Assembly: GCA_038887515.1 (NCBI GenBank)
Contig: JAWAKK010000003.1
Location: forward strand, 1-64,000
Direction of reading: 5' to 3'
DNA from: Candidatus Nezhaarchaeales archaeon
GTDB lineage: Archaea > Thermoproteota > Methanomethylicia > Nezhaarchaeales > WYZ-LMO8
DNA length: 64,000 nt
The notes beneath the pieces were generated by a model. That model was not told the origin of the DNA and ran no database searches. It was given only the letters and a program-made list of their open reading frames with translations. This document shows positions 1 to 9,438 of the stretch, one piece after another; position 1 is the stretch's first letter; the number at the start of each line of letters is the position of its first letter. Made by a program: the position numbers and the translations under genes.

Positions 1-80
1 TATATCCGCAGTCACATTAAACTCTGTACCTGAAAACTTAAAAGTTGGGCTTATGGTAACCGCACCAGAACTAGGGGTAT

Positions 81-194
81 TGGTGCGGGGGGTGGGATTT
101 GAACCCACGAAGGCCTACGCCACGGGATGACCCATCAAATATCCGCGGCCTGATCTTGAGTCCCGCCCCTTTGACCTAGCTCGGGCACCCCCGC
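81..194 (-). tRNA. tRNA-Leu(CAA) with 26-nt intron (129-154) at 37/38, CCA encoded
   Basis: Reverse complement GCGGGGGTGCCCGAGCTAGGTCAAAGGGGCGGGACT-CAA-G[intron]ATCCCG...GTTCAAATCCCACCCCCCGCACCA; BHB central helix CTCA/TGGG. Confidence 0.95.
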
Positions 195-241
195 ATAAGC
201 TACTTTATGATTGTTTGAAGTGCGATTTAAAGGTGTTCTCT

Positions 242-469
242 CTAGTCTGGCGCTATTAAAGTTGAAGTCAAAGCTACACCATCTATCTTCCTTATCTTAG
301 TAACTATTTCGTCGAGCTTCTTTACGTCCTCTACGTGAACTTTAGCCACTATATCATACTCGCCGAATACTACCTTTACCTCGACAACTTCTTCTATTTC
401 CTGGAGGGCTTGCGCGACTTCATACTCTTTGGCTATGACCGTTTTGAGGAGAATGTACGCTGTCATCAA
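242..469 (-). CDS. Stand-alone Lrp/AsnC ligand-binding (RAM) domain protein
   Basis: AYILLK...VFGEYDIVAKV...TSTLI pattern, 75 aa. Confidence 0.85.
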   Translation of the reverse strand: MMTAYILLKTVIAKEYEVAQALQEIEEVVEVKVVFGEYDIVAKVHVEDVKKLDEIVTKIRKIDGVALTSTLIAPD

Positions 470-589
470 AACTACTTCACCAGCATAGTTGGTAGCCTTA
501 GACTTTATTTCTTACGCTCTGCATATTGTTTTAGACACAAGAAAAGCTTTGTGAAAGCGAGTGGAAGTAACAATCTAGAGGTCTGTGGC

Positions 590-1519
590 ATGATTGGCGA
601 GAAGATACATGATGTAGTGATTGTCGGCGCGGGTCCAGCAGGATTGACCGCAGCTTTAATATGTGCTAGGTCCGGTCTGAGCGTCCAAGTCATAGGAAAA
701 ATAACCGGTGGACAAGCCGCCGAAGCACCACTAATCGAGAACTATCCGGGTTTTAAGTCGATTACTGGAATAGAGTTAACAAAGATTTTTGCCGAGCAAG
801 TAGAGTCAGTAGGGGTTACAATTTTAAACGACGAGGTCTTAAAGGTGGAGCAAGTAGGCGATTTATTTGAGGTCAGAACATCATTTAATGGCGACTTTAA
901 ATGTAGATCTGTTATTTTAGCTATTGGAGCTGAACCTAGAAAACTTGGTGTTAAGGGTGAAGAGGAGTTTAGTGGAAGAGGAGTTTCGTATTGCGCTACT
1001 TGTGATGGACCATTATTTAAAGGAAAAGACGTTGCAGTTGTAGGCGGAGGCATTCCCGCGTTAAGCGCAGCGCTCTATTTGAGTGGTCTTGCTAAGAACG
1101 TATACTTAATCCACGATAAGGGTACGTTTAGGGCGTTCAAAACTTTAGTAGATAAAGTCAATGAGAAAGCCAATATCGTTAAGAAGCTTAACACCACTCT
1201 ACTTGAGATAGGTGGTAAGAAGTTTGTAGAGTGGATAAAGATTAGAGATAACGAAAGTGGCAAGGAAGAGGAGGTAAAAGTCAGCGGGGTGTTCGTAGAA
1301 ATAGGGAAGAGGATAAACAGTGATTTCCTAAGAGGATTTGTTGAGTTGGATAGTAGAGGTCAAATAGTAATAGATTCATTGTGCAGGACCTCTAGAAGGG
1401 GGGTCTTCGCTGCAGGTGATGCAACTACTACACCATACAAACAAGTGATAATAGCTGCGGGTGAGGGGGCTAAGGCAGCCATGTCGGCGTACGAGTACCT
1501 GAAAGGCGCTATGGTTTAG
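590..1519 (+). CDS. trxB: Thioredoxin reductase
   Basis: GAGPAG, IENYPGF, GVSYCATCDG, GVFAAGD; start moved to ATG 590. Confidence 0.9.
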   Translation: MIGEKIHDVVIVGAGPAGLTAALICARSGLSVQVIGKITGGQAAEAPLIENYPGFKSITGIELTKIFAEQVESVGVTILNDEVLKVEQVGDLFEVRTSFNGDFKCRSVILAIGAEPRKLGVKGEEEFSGRGVSYCATCDGPLFKGKDVAVVGGGIPALSAALYLSGLAKNVYLIHDKGTFRAFKTLVDKVNEKANIVKKLNTTLLEIGGKKFVEWIKIRDNESGKEEEVKVSGVFVEIGKRINSDFLRGFVELDSRGQIVIDSLCRTSRRGVFAAGDATTTPYKQVIIAAGEGAKAAMSAYEYLKGAMV

Positions 1520-2697
1520 ACGCTTAAATTTACAACTCCACTTAAGGAACTGTTAATTAAATAATCTGTAGCAAGGGCCTTCTCGGCTTCGATTACTTCT
1601 TCAAATCTTGCAGAAATTGTTGGCCTGGTTGGAGCTGCTTTACATCCTTCATCGGGTCTTACCGAAATTTCGTAGGTCCCTATTTCTTTCGCCATCCTTA
1701 CGGTCTCTGGTTTGTCGAAGCATGCTAACGGTCGGTAAATCGGGAGCCTCTTAGCCGCCTCACTTATGACAGCCATGTTGCTGATCGTCTGACTTGCTTG
1801 CTCACCTATGGAGTCTCCAGTCACTATACCCCTAAGCCTCAATTCTAAGGCGACTTTCTCGGCTATTCTCAACATCATCCTCTTACATAGTACACATGTG
1901 AGTTTTCTAGGGCACTTTTCAATTATTTCTTTGAGTACTTCGCCGAAGGGCGCTATCATCATTTTGACCTTGTAAGCTGGAGACCATTTTGCAAGTACTT
2001 TAGCCAAGTCGATTACCTTCTCTATAGTCTTTTCTCCAGAGAATGGTTGTAAGTTGAAGTGTAAGAGGGTAACCGTACAGCCCTTCTTCATTGCAAGCCA
2101 TGCAGCCACTGGGGAGTCGATGCCACTACTTATGAGACATAAAAGTCCTCCTTGAGAACCTTGCGGTAGCCCTCCAACACCCTTTATTACATCGAGATAT
2201 AGGAAAGCATCTTCGCCCCTTATCTCGATGTTTATTGTGAAGTCGGGTTTTTCTAGATCAACGAGCCAACCCTTATCTTTCATGGCTTCTAAGACCTTAG
2301 AGCCAACATGCCTAGAAACGTCCATGCTAGTAAACTGATGCTCGCCAACCCTTCTACAGCGAACGGCAAATTTTACTCCACAACCTCCTCTATTTTCAGC
2401 CATCTTAATCGCTATACGCGAGATGGTATCCAGATCGGCTTTACAAGATATGGCGGGCGACGTCGAGGATACCCCGAAAACCCTAGAAAGCGCTCTAGCA
2501 ACCTCACTAGACATCGTCGTCTTAATGTATATTCTACCGAATCTCCTATCGATTCTACTCAGGCTTAAGCCTTCAGCCATGAGCTTGGCGCTTATATTTT
2601 TTAGGAGCAATTTATCGTATCTCGCTCTCGTGCGAGAGCCCTTTACCCCTATCTCGGCTCCATGCCTTACAATTACGGTATCAAATTCTAAGCTCAT
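1516..2697 (-). CDS. thiI: tRNA 4-thiouridine synthase ThiI
   Basis: THUMP domain, GGLPQG, SSGIDSPVA PP-loop, CxxCKR, ASQT. Confidence 0.92.
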   Translation of the reverse strand: MSLEFDTVIVRHGAEIGVKGSRTRARYDKLLLKNISAKLMAEGLSLSRIDRRFGRIYIKTTMSSEVARALSRVFGVSSTSPAISCKADLDTISRIAIKMAENRGGCGVKFAVRCRRVGEHQFTSMDVSRHVGSKVLEAMKDKGWLVDLEKPDFTINIEIRGEDAFLYLDVIKGVGGLPQGSQGGLLCLISSGIDSPVAAWLAMKKGCTVTLLHFNLQPFSGEKTIEKVIDLAKVLAKWSPAYKVKMMIAPFGEVLKEIIEKCPRKLTCVLCKRMMLRIAEKVALELRLRGIVTGDSIGEQASQTISNMAVISEAAKRLPIYRPLACFDKPETVRMAKEIGTYEISVRPDEGCKAAPTRPTISARFEEVIEAEKALATDYLINSSLSGVVNLSV

Positions 2698-3902
2698 TAT
2701 CTAATCTCAACCCCATACTTTCTCGCTATATCGTGAAAGCTCTCTACGAAGTATTTCACCTGCCTCCAAGTTAATCCATATACATTAAATTTGAAGTGCT
2801 TGGTAAGGCCCGGCTGAATTCCCACGATCCCCTTAGCCTTCAGTTCATCGTAGAGAAAGAAACCCTTCCTCTTGTGCCTCTTTGATACTTCGTAAAAACT
2901 TTGTGCCTCCATGTGTATAAGGGTGTGCATTTTAGGTTTAATCCCCAACTGCTTAAAACCATCAATCCTCTCTAGCTCCCTAACAACAAAGCGAGCCTTT
3001 TCAAGCTCATCATTCCACCTCTTAACCCTCTCGACAACGTGAGGAAATGAGGCCATTAAAGTTACCAGTGGAGCACCCATAACTGTACAGCCCAACAGGG
3101 CAAGCTCCTTTATCGCAAACTTTCTTCGTGATACGTCGCCTTCTATACTCGATGCCCTTAGAACCTTCTTCGCTACTTCCTCCGTCATTGCTAGTATGCC
3201 TGTTGGGGCACAGGCCGCCCAACTTTTATGCCCACTACTAACTATGACGTCAACTCCTAGCTTTCTGCCGTTTACTGGACTCACTCCAGCGGTATAAGCT
3301 GCATTAAGTACAACTGGTACGCCATACCTATGACACACCTCGGCTACTTTTGTGACATCGATCATATTACCGTAGAGATAATCTACGTGAGTTACAAGCG
3401 CAAGAGCAGGCGGCTTACCCGTTTCCCTAATTACTTCCTCTATCTTAAGCGCATAACCTTCTGGGTCTACCTTAAACTCAGGGTAACCCGAGTTTGGGAC
3501 CTCTTTAACTCTCAATCCTGCTACTTCTGCAGCAAGATAACTTGTATAATGAGCTAAACTATCTAGAACCAAATAATCTCCAGGCTTCGACATCATCATA
3601 AATGTTATCATTTTTGCCTCTCTGCATCTGGTTACGATCCGAGCTTCGTCCATGCCAAGAAAGGTTGCAACATCCTGATAAAAGTCGCCTATAGGAGGGG
3701 TTGTAATCCTATCTAAGCGAGGTGTTTGTGGAGGGCAGAAATCACATATCGAGTAGCCATCTCCCCATTCAATCAACGCCATTCTAGCCTCTTTACTTAA
3801 GACTCCTCCACGTTGTATTGGATTTACGTTGAGGTACCTTGATTCAGCGAACTCCCTCCTAATGTTTAGGTACTTACTGAGCTTATCCTTAGCCAACTCC
3901 AT
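2697..3902 (-). CDS. pscS: O-phosphoseryl-tRNA:Cys-tRNA synthase (SepCysS)
   Basis: NPIQRGG, GDGYSICDFC, AHYTS, SGHKSWAA PLP lysine, LLGCT. Confidence 0.92.
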   Translation of the reverse strand: MELAKDKLSKYLNIRREFAESRYLNVNPIQRGGVLSKEARMALIEWGDGYSICDFCPPQTPRLDRITTPPIGDFYQDVATFLGMDEARIVTRCREAKMITFMMMSKPGDYLVLDSLAHYTSYLAAEVAGLRVKEVPNSGYPEFKVDPEGYALKIEEVIRETGKPPALALVTHVDYLYGNMIDVTKVAEVCHRYGVPVVLNAAYTAGVSPVNGRKLGVDVIVSSGHKSWAACAPTGILAMTEEVAKKVLRASSIEGDVSRRKFAIKELALLGCTVMGAPLVTLMASFPHVVERVKRWNDELEKARFVVRELERIDGFKQLGIKPKMHTLIHMEAQSFYEVSKRHKRKGFFLYDELKAKGIVGIQPGLTKHFKFNVYGLTWRQVKYFVESFHDIARKYGVEIR

Positions 3903-4479
3903 GTATTTCTCTGCCCCTGTAGGGTTTAATAGCTGATATTATGTCGATCTTAGTTATTATACCTATAGGTCTACCATTGCTTATGACGAGGACAGCAGGT
4001 TTTTCCCCGCTTAATAGTGCAAGTACATCGCTTATGGGAGTTTGCGGGGACACTATTGGGAGGGCTTCGTCCATAATCTCGCGTACTGGCTTGTTAAAGA
4101 GCTGAGAAGGGTTTTTGCTTTTAAGAAGGTGCTTTAATATCGTTGACTCGTATACGGTTCCCACGACGTTGTTCCTCTCAAGTACTGGGATCTGAGATAT
4201 ACCATAACTCTCCATGAGTTCTACGACGTTCTTTACAAGTTCGTCAGCGTTAACCCATATCACAGGCTTGTGCATCACTTCCTCCGCCTTAAGGCCCCCC
4301 ATGGACGGCATAAGAGCTTTTAGTATCTTTCTTAAAGTTGAAAGTCTTGGATCCACCGTTCCGGCTTCTATTCTAGCTATTAGTGATTGGCTTACTCCTG
4401 CTCTTTCTGCGAGCTCCTTTTGAGTTAGTCCTGCCATGATTCTCATTCTTCTTATATCTTCAGGTGTCGGGAGGCTCAT
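3889..4479 (-). CDS. XRE-type HTH plus CBS-pair transcriptional regulator
   Basis: LTQKELAERAGVSQSLIARIEAG HTH followed by two CBS domains. Confidence 0.88.
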   Translation of the reverse strand: MSLPTPEDIRRMRIMAGLTQKELAERAGVSQSLIARIEAGTVDPRLSTLRKILKALMPSMGGLKAEEVMHKPVIWVNADELVKNVVELMESYGISQIPVLERNNVVGTVYESTILKHLLKSKNPSQLFNKPVREIMDEALPIVSPQTPISDVLALLSGEKPAVLVISNGRPIGIITKIDIISAIKPYRGREIHGVG

Positions 4480-4561
4480 GGTTTTAACCTTGACTTTAAG
4501 ATTACGAAGCCTTCAGTTAACTTATTTTAATAAGTCTACGATATTTCTTTTCTAGGTCATA

Positions 4562-5767
4562 ATGTCAAGCTACGATGTTTACAAGGTTAGACTAGACTTT
4601 CCTCTCCTCTCAAGGAACATCATATATTTTGATAACGCCGCTACGTCACTAACGCCAAGACAGGTAGTAAATGCCATGGTTAGCTATCTGTTGGAATGTA
4701 GAGCAAACGTTGGTCGAGGGTCTTATAGACTTGCTTACCAAGCCACGAGCATGTACGAAGAGGTTAGGAGAAAGGTCTCTAGGTTCATAGGTGCACGACT
4801 AGCTAGCGAAGTGGTTTTCGTTAAGAACACCACGGAGGCTATAAACATAGTAGCTATGGGGCTTAAGTGGCGTAGGGGCGATAATGTAGTAACTACAACT
4901 TTAGAACACCACTCGAACATGTTACCTTGGATCAAAGCAAGTAACCTTTATGGGGTTGAGGTGAGGTTCGTAAAGCCTCGAAGAGATGGTACACTGGCCC
5001 CCGAAGAATTCGAACGCTTAATAGATGAAAATACGAGAATAGTGTCAATAACTCACGTTTCAAACGTCTTGGGTACTATATCTCCAGTAAGAGAAATATC
5101 GAAAATAGCTAAGTCCAGAGGGGCACTGTTACTAATTGATGCAGCTCAATCAGCTCCTCACATGCCGATAAGCGTCAAAGAAATAGACTGCGACTTCTTA
5201 GCTTTTTCGGCGCACAAGATGTGCGGACCACCTGGTGTAGGCGTTCTGTACATTAAAGACGAAGTTCAAGTGGACGAGTTCATGGTCGGTGGCGGGATGG
5301 TTTCCGATGCCTCCCTTAACGGCTATAAGCCCTTAGATAAACCGTACGTCTTTGAAGCCGGCACACCGCCTATAAGTGACGTGATAGGCCTTGGAGCAGC
5401 CATTGATTACATATCAAGACTTGGGCTTATGAACATCATGGAACACGAGATAAGAATAGCTAAGATGCTTAGAAAGCTCTTAGAGGATGTACCTGGTATC
5501 AGAGTTCTAGGCCCTCCAGAACCCCAGACAGGTATAATATCTTTCGCCGTAAATGACATTAAAGCTGAAGACGTAGCTTTAGCTTTAGGTAATCTGGATA
5601 TCTGCGTTAGGGCAGGTTTCCACTGTGCTATCCCCCTTGTCCGAGACTTTTTGAATGAAAAGTTAGGGGTTATTAGAGCTTCCTTATATCTTTACAATAC
5701 AGAAGAGGAGGTAGAGAGATTTATATCATCGCTAAGGGAGGTCATACGTCTCTTCAGAGCTTCCTAA
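4562..5767 (+). CDS. sufS: Cysteine desulfurase, SufS type
   Basis: YFDNAATS, EHHSN, DAAQS, SAHKM, RAGFHCA catalytic Cys. Confidence 0.88.
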   Translation: MSSYDVYKVRLDFPLLSRNIIYFDNAATSLTPRQVVNAMVSYLLECRANVGRGSYRLAYQATSMYEEVRRKVSRFIGARLASEVVFVKNTTEAINIVAMGLKWRRGDNVVTTTLEHHSNMLPWIKASNLYGVEVRFVKPRRDGTLAPEEFERLIDENTRIVSITHVSNVLGTISPVREISKIAKSRGALLLIDAAQSAPHMPISVKEIDCDFLAFSAHKMCGPPGVGVLYIKDEVQVDEFMVGGGMVSDASLNGYKPLDKPYVFEAGTPPISDVIGLGAAIDYISRLGLMNIMEHEIRIAKMLRKLLEDVPGIRVLGPPEPQTGIISFAVNDIKAEDVALALGNLDICVRAGFHCAIPLVRDFLNEKLGVIRASLYLYNTEEEVERFISSLREVIRLFRAS

Positions 5768-6551
5768 CATAATCGACCACAGACTCTAATATAATCCTCC
5801 CATCACCATAAGTGGTGGGCCCATCTTGAAGGGTCCAATCAGGCATCTGCCATCCAAAATAAGCTCTTTCTGGATGCGGCATCATTCCCATCACGTTGCC
5901 TTCCTTGTTACATATTCCAGCTATATCGAGCATTGAACCGTTGGGATTATAAGGATACTCTCCATTTGCTGAAGAACCGTCAGGCTTGCAATATGTGAAG
6001 ACGACGAGGCCTAGCTCAACTATTTTATCTAAAGTTTCTCTTGAAGCAACGAACTTGCCCTCGCCATGACCTACAGGGATCCGAAGAATTGTCCTTTCTG
6101 CTAATTTCGAGAGGAGCTTACATCGAGAAGAGTGATGCTTAAGGTGAACCCACCTGCATTCGTACTTGGCTGAAGAGTTCGTTGCCAACGCAGCTTCTGG
6201 ATAATCGCTTAACCCGCTTAAGCCGGGTAAGACTCCAGCTTCTACGAGTACTTGGAAGCCATTACATATGCCAATTACCGCCTTCCCCTCTTCTATGAAC
6301 TTCTCGAGGTCCTTCCTCATCTTGAATGCAAGCTTCTTTCCCCATATAGCCCCCGCTCTAACGTAGTCTCCATAGGAAAAGCCTCCAGGGATTACGAGTA
6401 GGTTATAATCTTCGAGGTTTACGCGTTTTTTAAGTAATTGATTCATGTGTACGATATCGGTTTCCACACCTAAATCTTCGAGTGCGACCTTGGTTTCAAA
6501 ATCGCAGTTTGTGCCACCAACTCTTATAATGCAGGCTCTTAAGCCTATCAA
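5754..6551 (-). CDS. purQ: FGAM synthase glutaminase subunit
   Basis: GTNCD, PGGFSYGD, GICNGFQ, MMPHPER; TTG start after GAGGTGA SD. Confidence 0.95.
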   Translation of the reverse strand: MIGLRACIIRVGGTNCDFETKVALEDLGVETDIVHMNQLLKKRVNLEDYNLLVIPGGFSYGDYVRAGAIWGKKLAFKMRKDLEKFIEEGKAVIGICNGFQVLVEAGVLPGLSGLSDYPEAALATNSSAKYECRWVHLKHHSSRCKLLSKLAERTILRIPVGHGEGKFVASRETLDKIVELGLVVFTYCKPDGSSANGEYPYNPNGSMLDIAGICNKEGNVMGMMPHPERAYFGWQMPDWTLQDGPTTYGDGRIILESVVDYVRKL

Positions 6552-6559
6552 GGCTTCTG

Positions 6560-8935
6560 TCACCTCAGCACTAAAGCTTCTCTCCAAGCTCTCCACATAT
6601 CGTCCACGCCTAGATCTATCAAGACCCTACCATCGTATCCTCTTATGACTAGACTCGAACCCTTAGTTACCTTACCTACCTTAGAGCACGGCAAGCCGTT
6701 CATAAGTTGCTTAAACTCTTCTTCTTTATCAGCCTTGACTTCAACTATGAGCCTACTATTGGATTCAGAGAATAAAGCTAAGTCTTCCCTCATGGGTTCA
6801 CCTAATGGCACTTTTGAGAGCTCTACTTCGGCCCCTAAGCCTGAGGCCAACGACATCTCTGCAATTGCTACTGCAATGCCTCCCTCTGAGGGGTCATGGC
6901 ATGCCCTTACTAGGCCTAAGTCGATCGCCTTAATGACTCTGTCGTAAATTATCTTTGCATGCTCGTAGACTTTCGGCACAAGCCCACCGCGTATCCCCAA
7001 GAACTTGTAGTATTCAGAGCCTCCCAGCTCTCTCTTAGACAAACCAACTACGTACAGCGGGTTACCGGGGATCTTAAAGTCCATACTGACTGCCTTTCTC
7101 ACGTCCGGTATTATACCGATGGCGGTTATGAGTAGGGTTGGCGTTACGGGACCTAGAGGTGATTCGTTGTACAAACTGTCCTTGCCAGATATAAATGGAG
7201 CACTGAAAAGTCTTGCTGTGCGATAGCAAGCCTCAACAGCTCTTAGCAAACCGCCCATCCTGTCGGCTTTCTCTGGGTTGCCCCACGTAAAATTGTCTAG
7301 CAAAGCCCACCTTCTTCCTCCAACACATACATTGTTTCTTATAGCTTCATCGATGCTCGAAGCTGCCATCCAATAGGTACTTATCTTCCCATAGCTTGGC
7401 TTTATACCGCAAGATATAACGATGCCTGCCCAAGATGATGGTAGGGGCTTAAGAACTGCTGCATCGTTCGGACCACCCCTCCACCCATTGAGGGGCTTTA
7501 TAGCCGTCATCCCCTTGACCTCGTGATCGTAAGTCCTTATTACGGTCTCTCTACTGGCAATGTTGGGTCTTCTGAGTAGCTCCAGTAAAACTTCATTCAA
7601 GTCTTTAGGCATCTGGAATTCAACTTCGTATTCCAAGTCCTCCTCAACTTTAGCTACCCGTGTTACTTTAGGTGGATTAAACAAGAAGCTTAGAGAGAGA
7701 TCCGCAACTCTATAACCCTTATAGAAGGCCTTAAGTCTTCCATCGTTAGTGAACCTACCTATCTCAACAGCCTCCACTTCTTCTTCTTCAAATACCTCAA
7801 GAACTTTCTTCACTTTATCCGGTGGCGATGCTAAAAACATCCTTTCCTGCGATTCAGAGATCCATATCTCCCACGGTCTCATGTCGGGATCTTTCAATAT
7901 CACCTTTGAGAGCTCGACCACTGCACCACAACCGTACTTATATGCCATCTCACCAGTGGCACACGAAAGCCCTCCTCCGCCAAGATCAGTTATTCCGGAG
8001 GCTAGGCTCTCATCCCTTATCCTTATTATCGCTCTCTTCAACTTCTCTTCCTCTATCGGATTTGGTATTTGTACTGCAGATCTTGACTTCTCTTCAGATT
8101 CTTCAGTTAACTCAGCCGATGCAAAGGTAACACCGTGAATTCCATCTTTTCCAGTTCTGCCTCCGGCTAAGATTATTGAATCGCCTGGCTTTATTCTCTT
8201 AAAGTATTTGTCCTTGGGTAAGAGTCCTACACAGCCGCAGTAGACTACTACGTTGCCTACGTAGCCTTCATCGAAGTATATTGCTCCACAAACCGTAGGG
8301 ATTCCCATGTTATTACCGTAGTGAGCTATCCCCGCCACAACCCCTTTAAAGAGGTATCTTGGGTGCTTAACCCCTTGAGGTAGCTTAGAGTAATCGTAGT
8401 CCAATGGTCCAAAACAAAGTACGTCTATGTTAGCTATGGGCTCGGCCCACACACCAAGTACGTCTCTTATCACGCCTCCTATGCCGGTTGCAGCCCCTCC
8501 AAAGGGCTCTATTGCTGATGGATGGTTGTGGGTCTCAACCTTAACGGCTACGGCGAATCCATCAACAAAGTCTACTATCCCTGCATTGTCTTCAAAAACT
8601 GAAACACACCATTCGGGGTTCAGCTCTTTAACGACTGAAGCTATGTAAGTCTTAAACATGTTGTCGATAATCTTTCCATCAGTCGTCCTTATTACGCCTT
8701 TAAACGTCTTGTGAAAGCAGTGTTCAGACCATGTTTGACCTATTGTCTGAAGCTCTACGTCTGTGGGGTTCCTTCCTTCAGCTTGAAAGTACGTCTTTAC
8801 AGCCCTCATCTCTTCAAGGCTTAGCCCAATGCCGGTTTCGCTGCTTATCTTCATGAGGGCAGCGTCGTTAGCTTCTATGACGTTTATCTCGTAAACTTCA
8901 AATGGGAGGCTCAGCTTCCTATAGAGGTTAATCAG
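6560..8935 (-). CDS. purL: FGAM synthase subunit PurL (probable CTG start)
   Basis: WSEHCFHK, KVETHNHPS, DLGGGG, SESQERM, SGKDSLYN; frame open upstream to CTG 8935 with GGAGGTG SD. Confidence 0.95.
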   Translation of the reverse strand: MINLYRKLSLPFEVYEINVIEANDAALMKISSETGIGLSLEEMRAVKTYFQAEGRNPTDVELQTIGQTWSEHCFHKTFKGVIRTTDGKIIDNMFKTYIASVVKELNPEWCVSVFEDNAGIVDFVDGFAVAVKVETHNHPSAIEPFGGAATGIGGVIRDVLGVWAEPIANIDVLCFGPLDYDYSKLPQGVKHPRYLFKGVVAGIAHYGNNMGIPTVCGAIYFDEGYVGNVVVYCGCVGLLPKDKYFKRIKPGDSIILAGGRTGKDGIHGVTFASAELTEESEEKSRSAVQIPNPIEEEKLKRAIIRIRDESLASGITDLGGGGLSCATGEMAYKYGCGAVVELSKVILKDPDMRPWEIWISESQERMFLASPPDKVKKVLEVFEEEEVEAVEIGRFTNDGRLKAFYKGYRVADLSLSFLFNPPKVTRVAKVEEDLEYEVEFQMPKDLNEVLLELLRRPNIASRETVIRTYDHEVKGMTAIKPLNGWRGGPNDAAVLKPLPSSWAGIVISCGIKPSYGKISTYWMAASSIDEAIRNNVCVGGRRWALLDNFTWGNPEKADRMGGLLRAVEACYRTARLFSAPFISGKDSLYNESPLGPVTPTLLITAIGIIPDVRKAVSMDFKIPGNPLYVVGLSKRELGGSEYYKFLGIRGGLVPKVYEHAKIIYDRVIKAIDLGLVRACHDPSEGGIAVAIAEMSLASGLGAEVELSKVPLGEPMREDLALFSESNSRLIVEVKADKEEEFKQLMNGLPCSKVGKVTKGSSLVIRGYDGRVLIDLGVDDMWRAWREALVLR

Positions 8936-9194
8936 AGGCTTGCACCTCCACTTCGTAGAGGTCTTTTGTAGGGTTAGCGAGCAACCTCCTACACATTTCG
9001 TCTACAAGTCTCTTGGCGTTATCAAGGGAAGGTGCTTCGAACTCTATAAAGTAGAGCTTACTTGCCCTTACACTATACACTTTATAGCCTAAGTCGTTCA
9101 ATGCCTCCTTAGCAGCCTCGCCTTCAGGGTCAAAGAAGCCAGGTTTAAGCTTTACAGCTACCTTAGCTTTGAACTTCATGCTCTCGCCACTCAA
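8928..9194 (-). CDS. purS: FGAM synthase subunit PurS
   Basis: LKPGFFDPEG, LLANP; purSLQ order. Confidence 0.92.
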   Translation of the reverse strand: MSGESMKFKAKVAVKLKPGFFDPEGEAAKEALNDLGYKVYSVRASKLYFIEFEAPSLDNAKRLVDEMCRRLLANPTKDLYEVEVQASD

Positions 9195-9235
9195 ACATGT
9201 TTAGGAGATCCTTCCTCACGAAAATAAATATGTAG

Positions 9236-9322
9236 TGGGCCCGCCCGGACTCGAACCGGGGACCACCCGCGCTCTGAGGAGCCACGTCAGGCGGGTATCC
9301 TAACCATCTAGACGACGGGCCC
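9236..9322 (-). tRNA. tRNA-Val(GAC) with 13-nt intron (9272-9284)
   Basis: GGGCCCGTCGTCTAG...CCCGCCT-GAC-G[TGGCTCCTCAGAG]CGCGGG...GTTCGAGTCCGGGCGGGCCCA; BHB helix CTGA/TCAG. Confidence 0.93.
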
Positions 9323-9438
9323 ATCTCGCTAGATGAAATACCTTCAGTTGCTTAAAAGAGTTTTTCAGAATTAACTTAAGCTCTTTTCACGTAATACATA
9401 CCTTTGAGTACCCAATAATTAATTGGAGCTGAAGAAAG

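Noticed and set aside
60-88. 8-bp inverted repeat CCGCACCA/TGGTGCGG at the tRNA-Leu 3' end
   Set aside because: Too short to distinguish from chance
335-589. N-terminal extension of the trxB ORF; similar extensions on FKBP (13175), PGM (17897) and mtaP (55404)
   Set aside because: They overlap opposite-strand genes or tRNAs; family motifs begin at downstream starts
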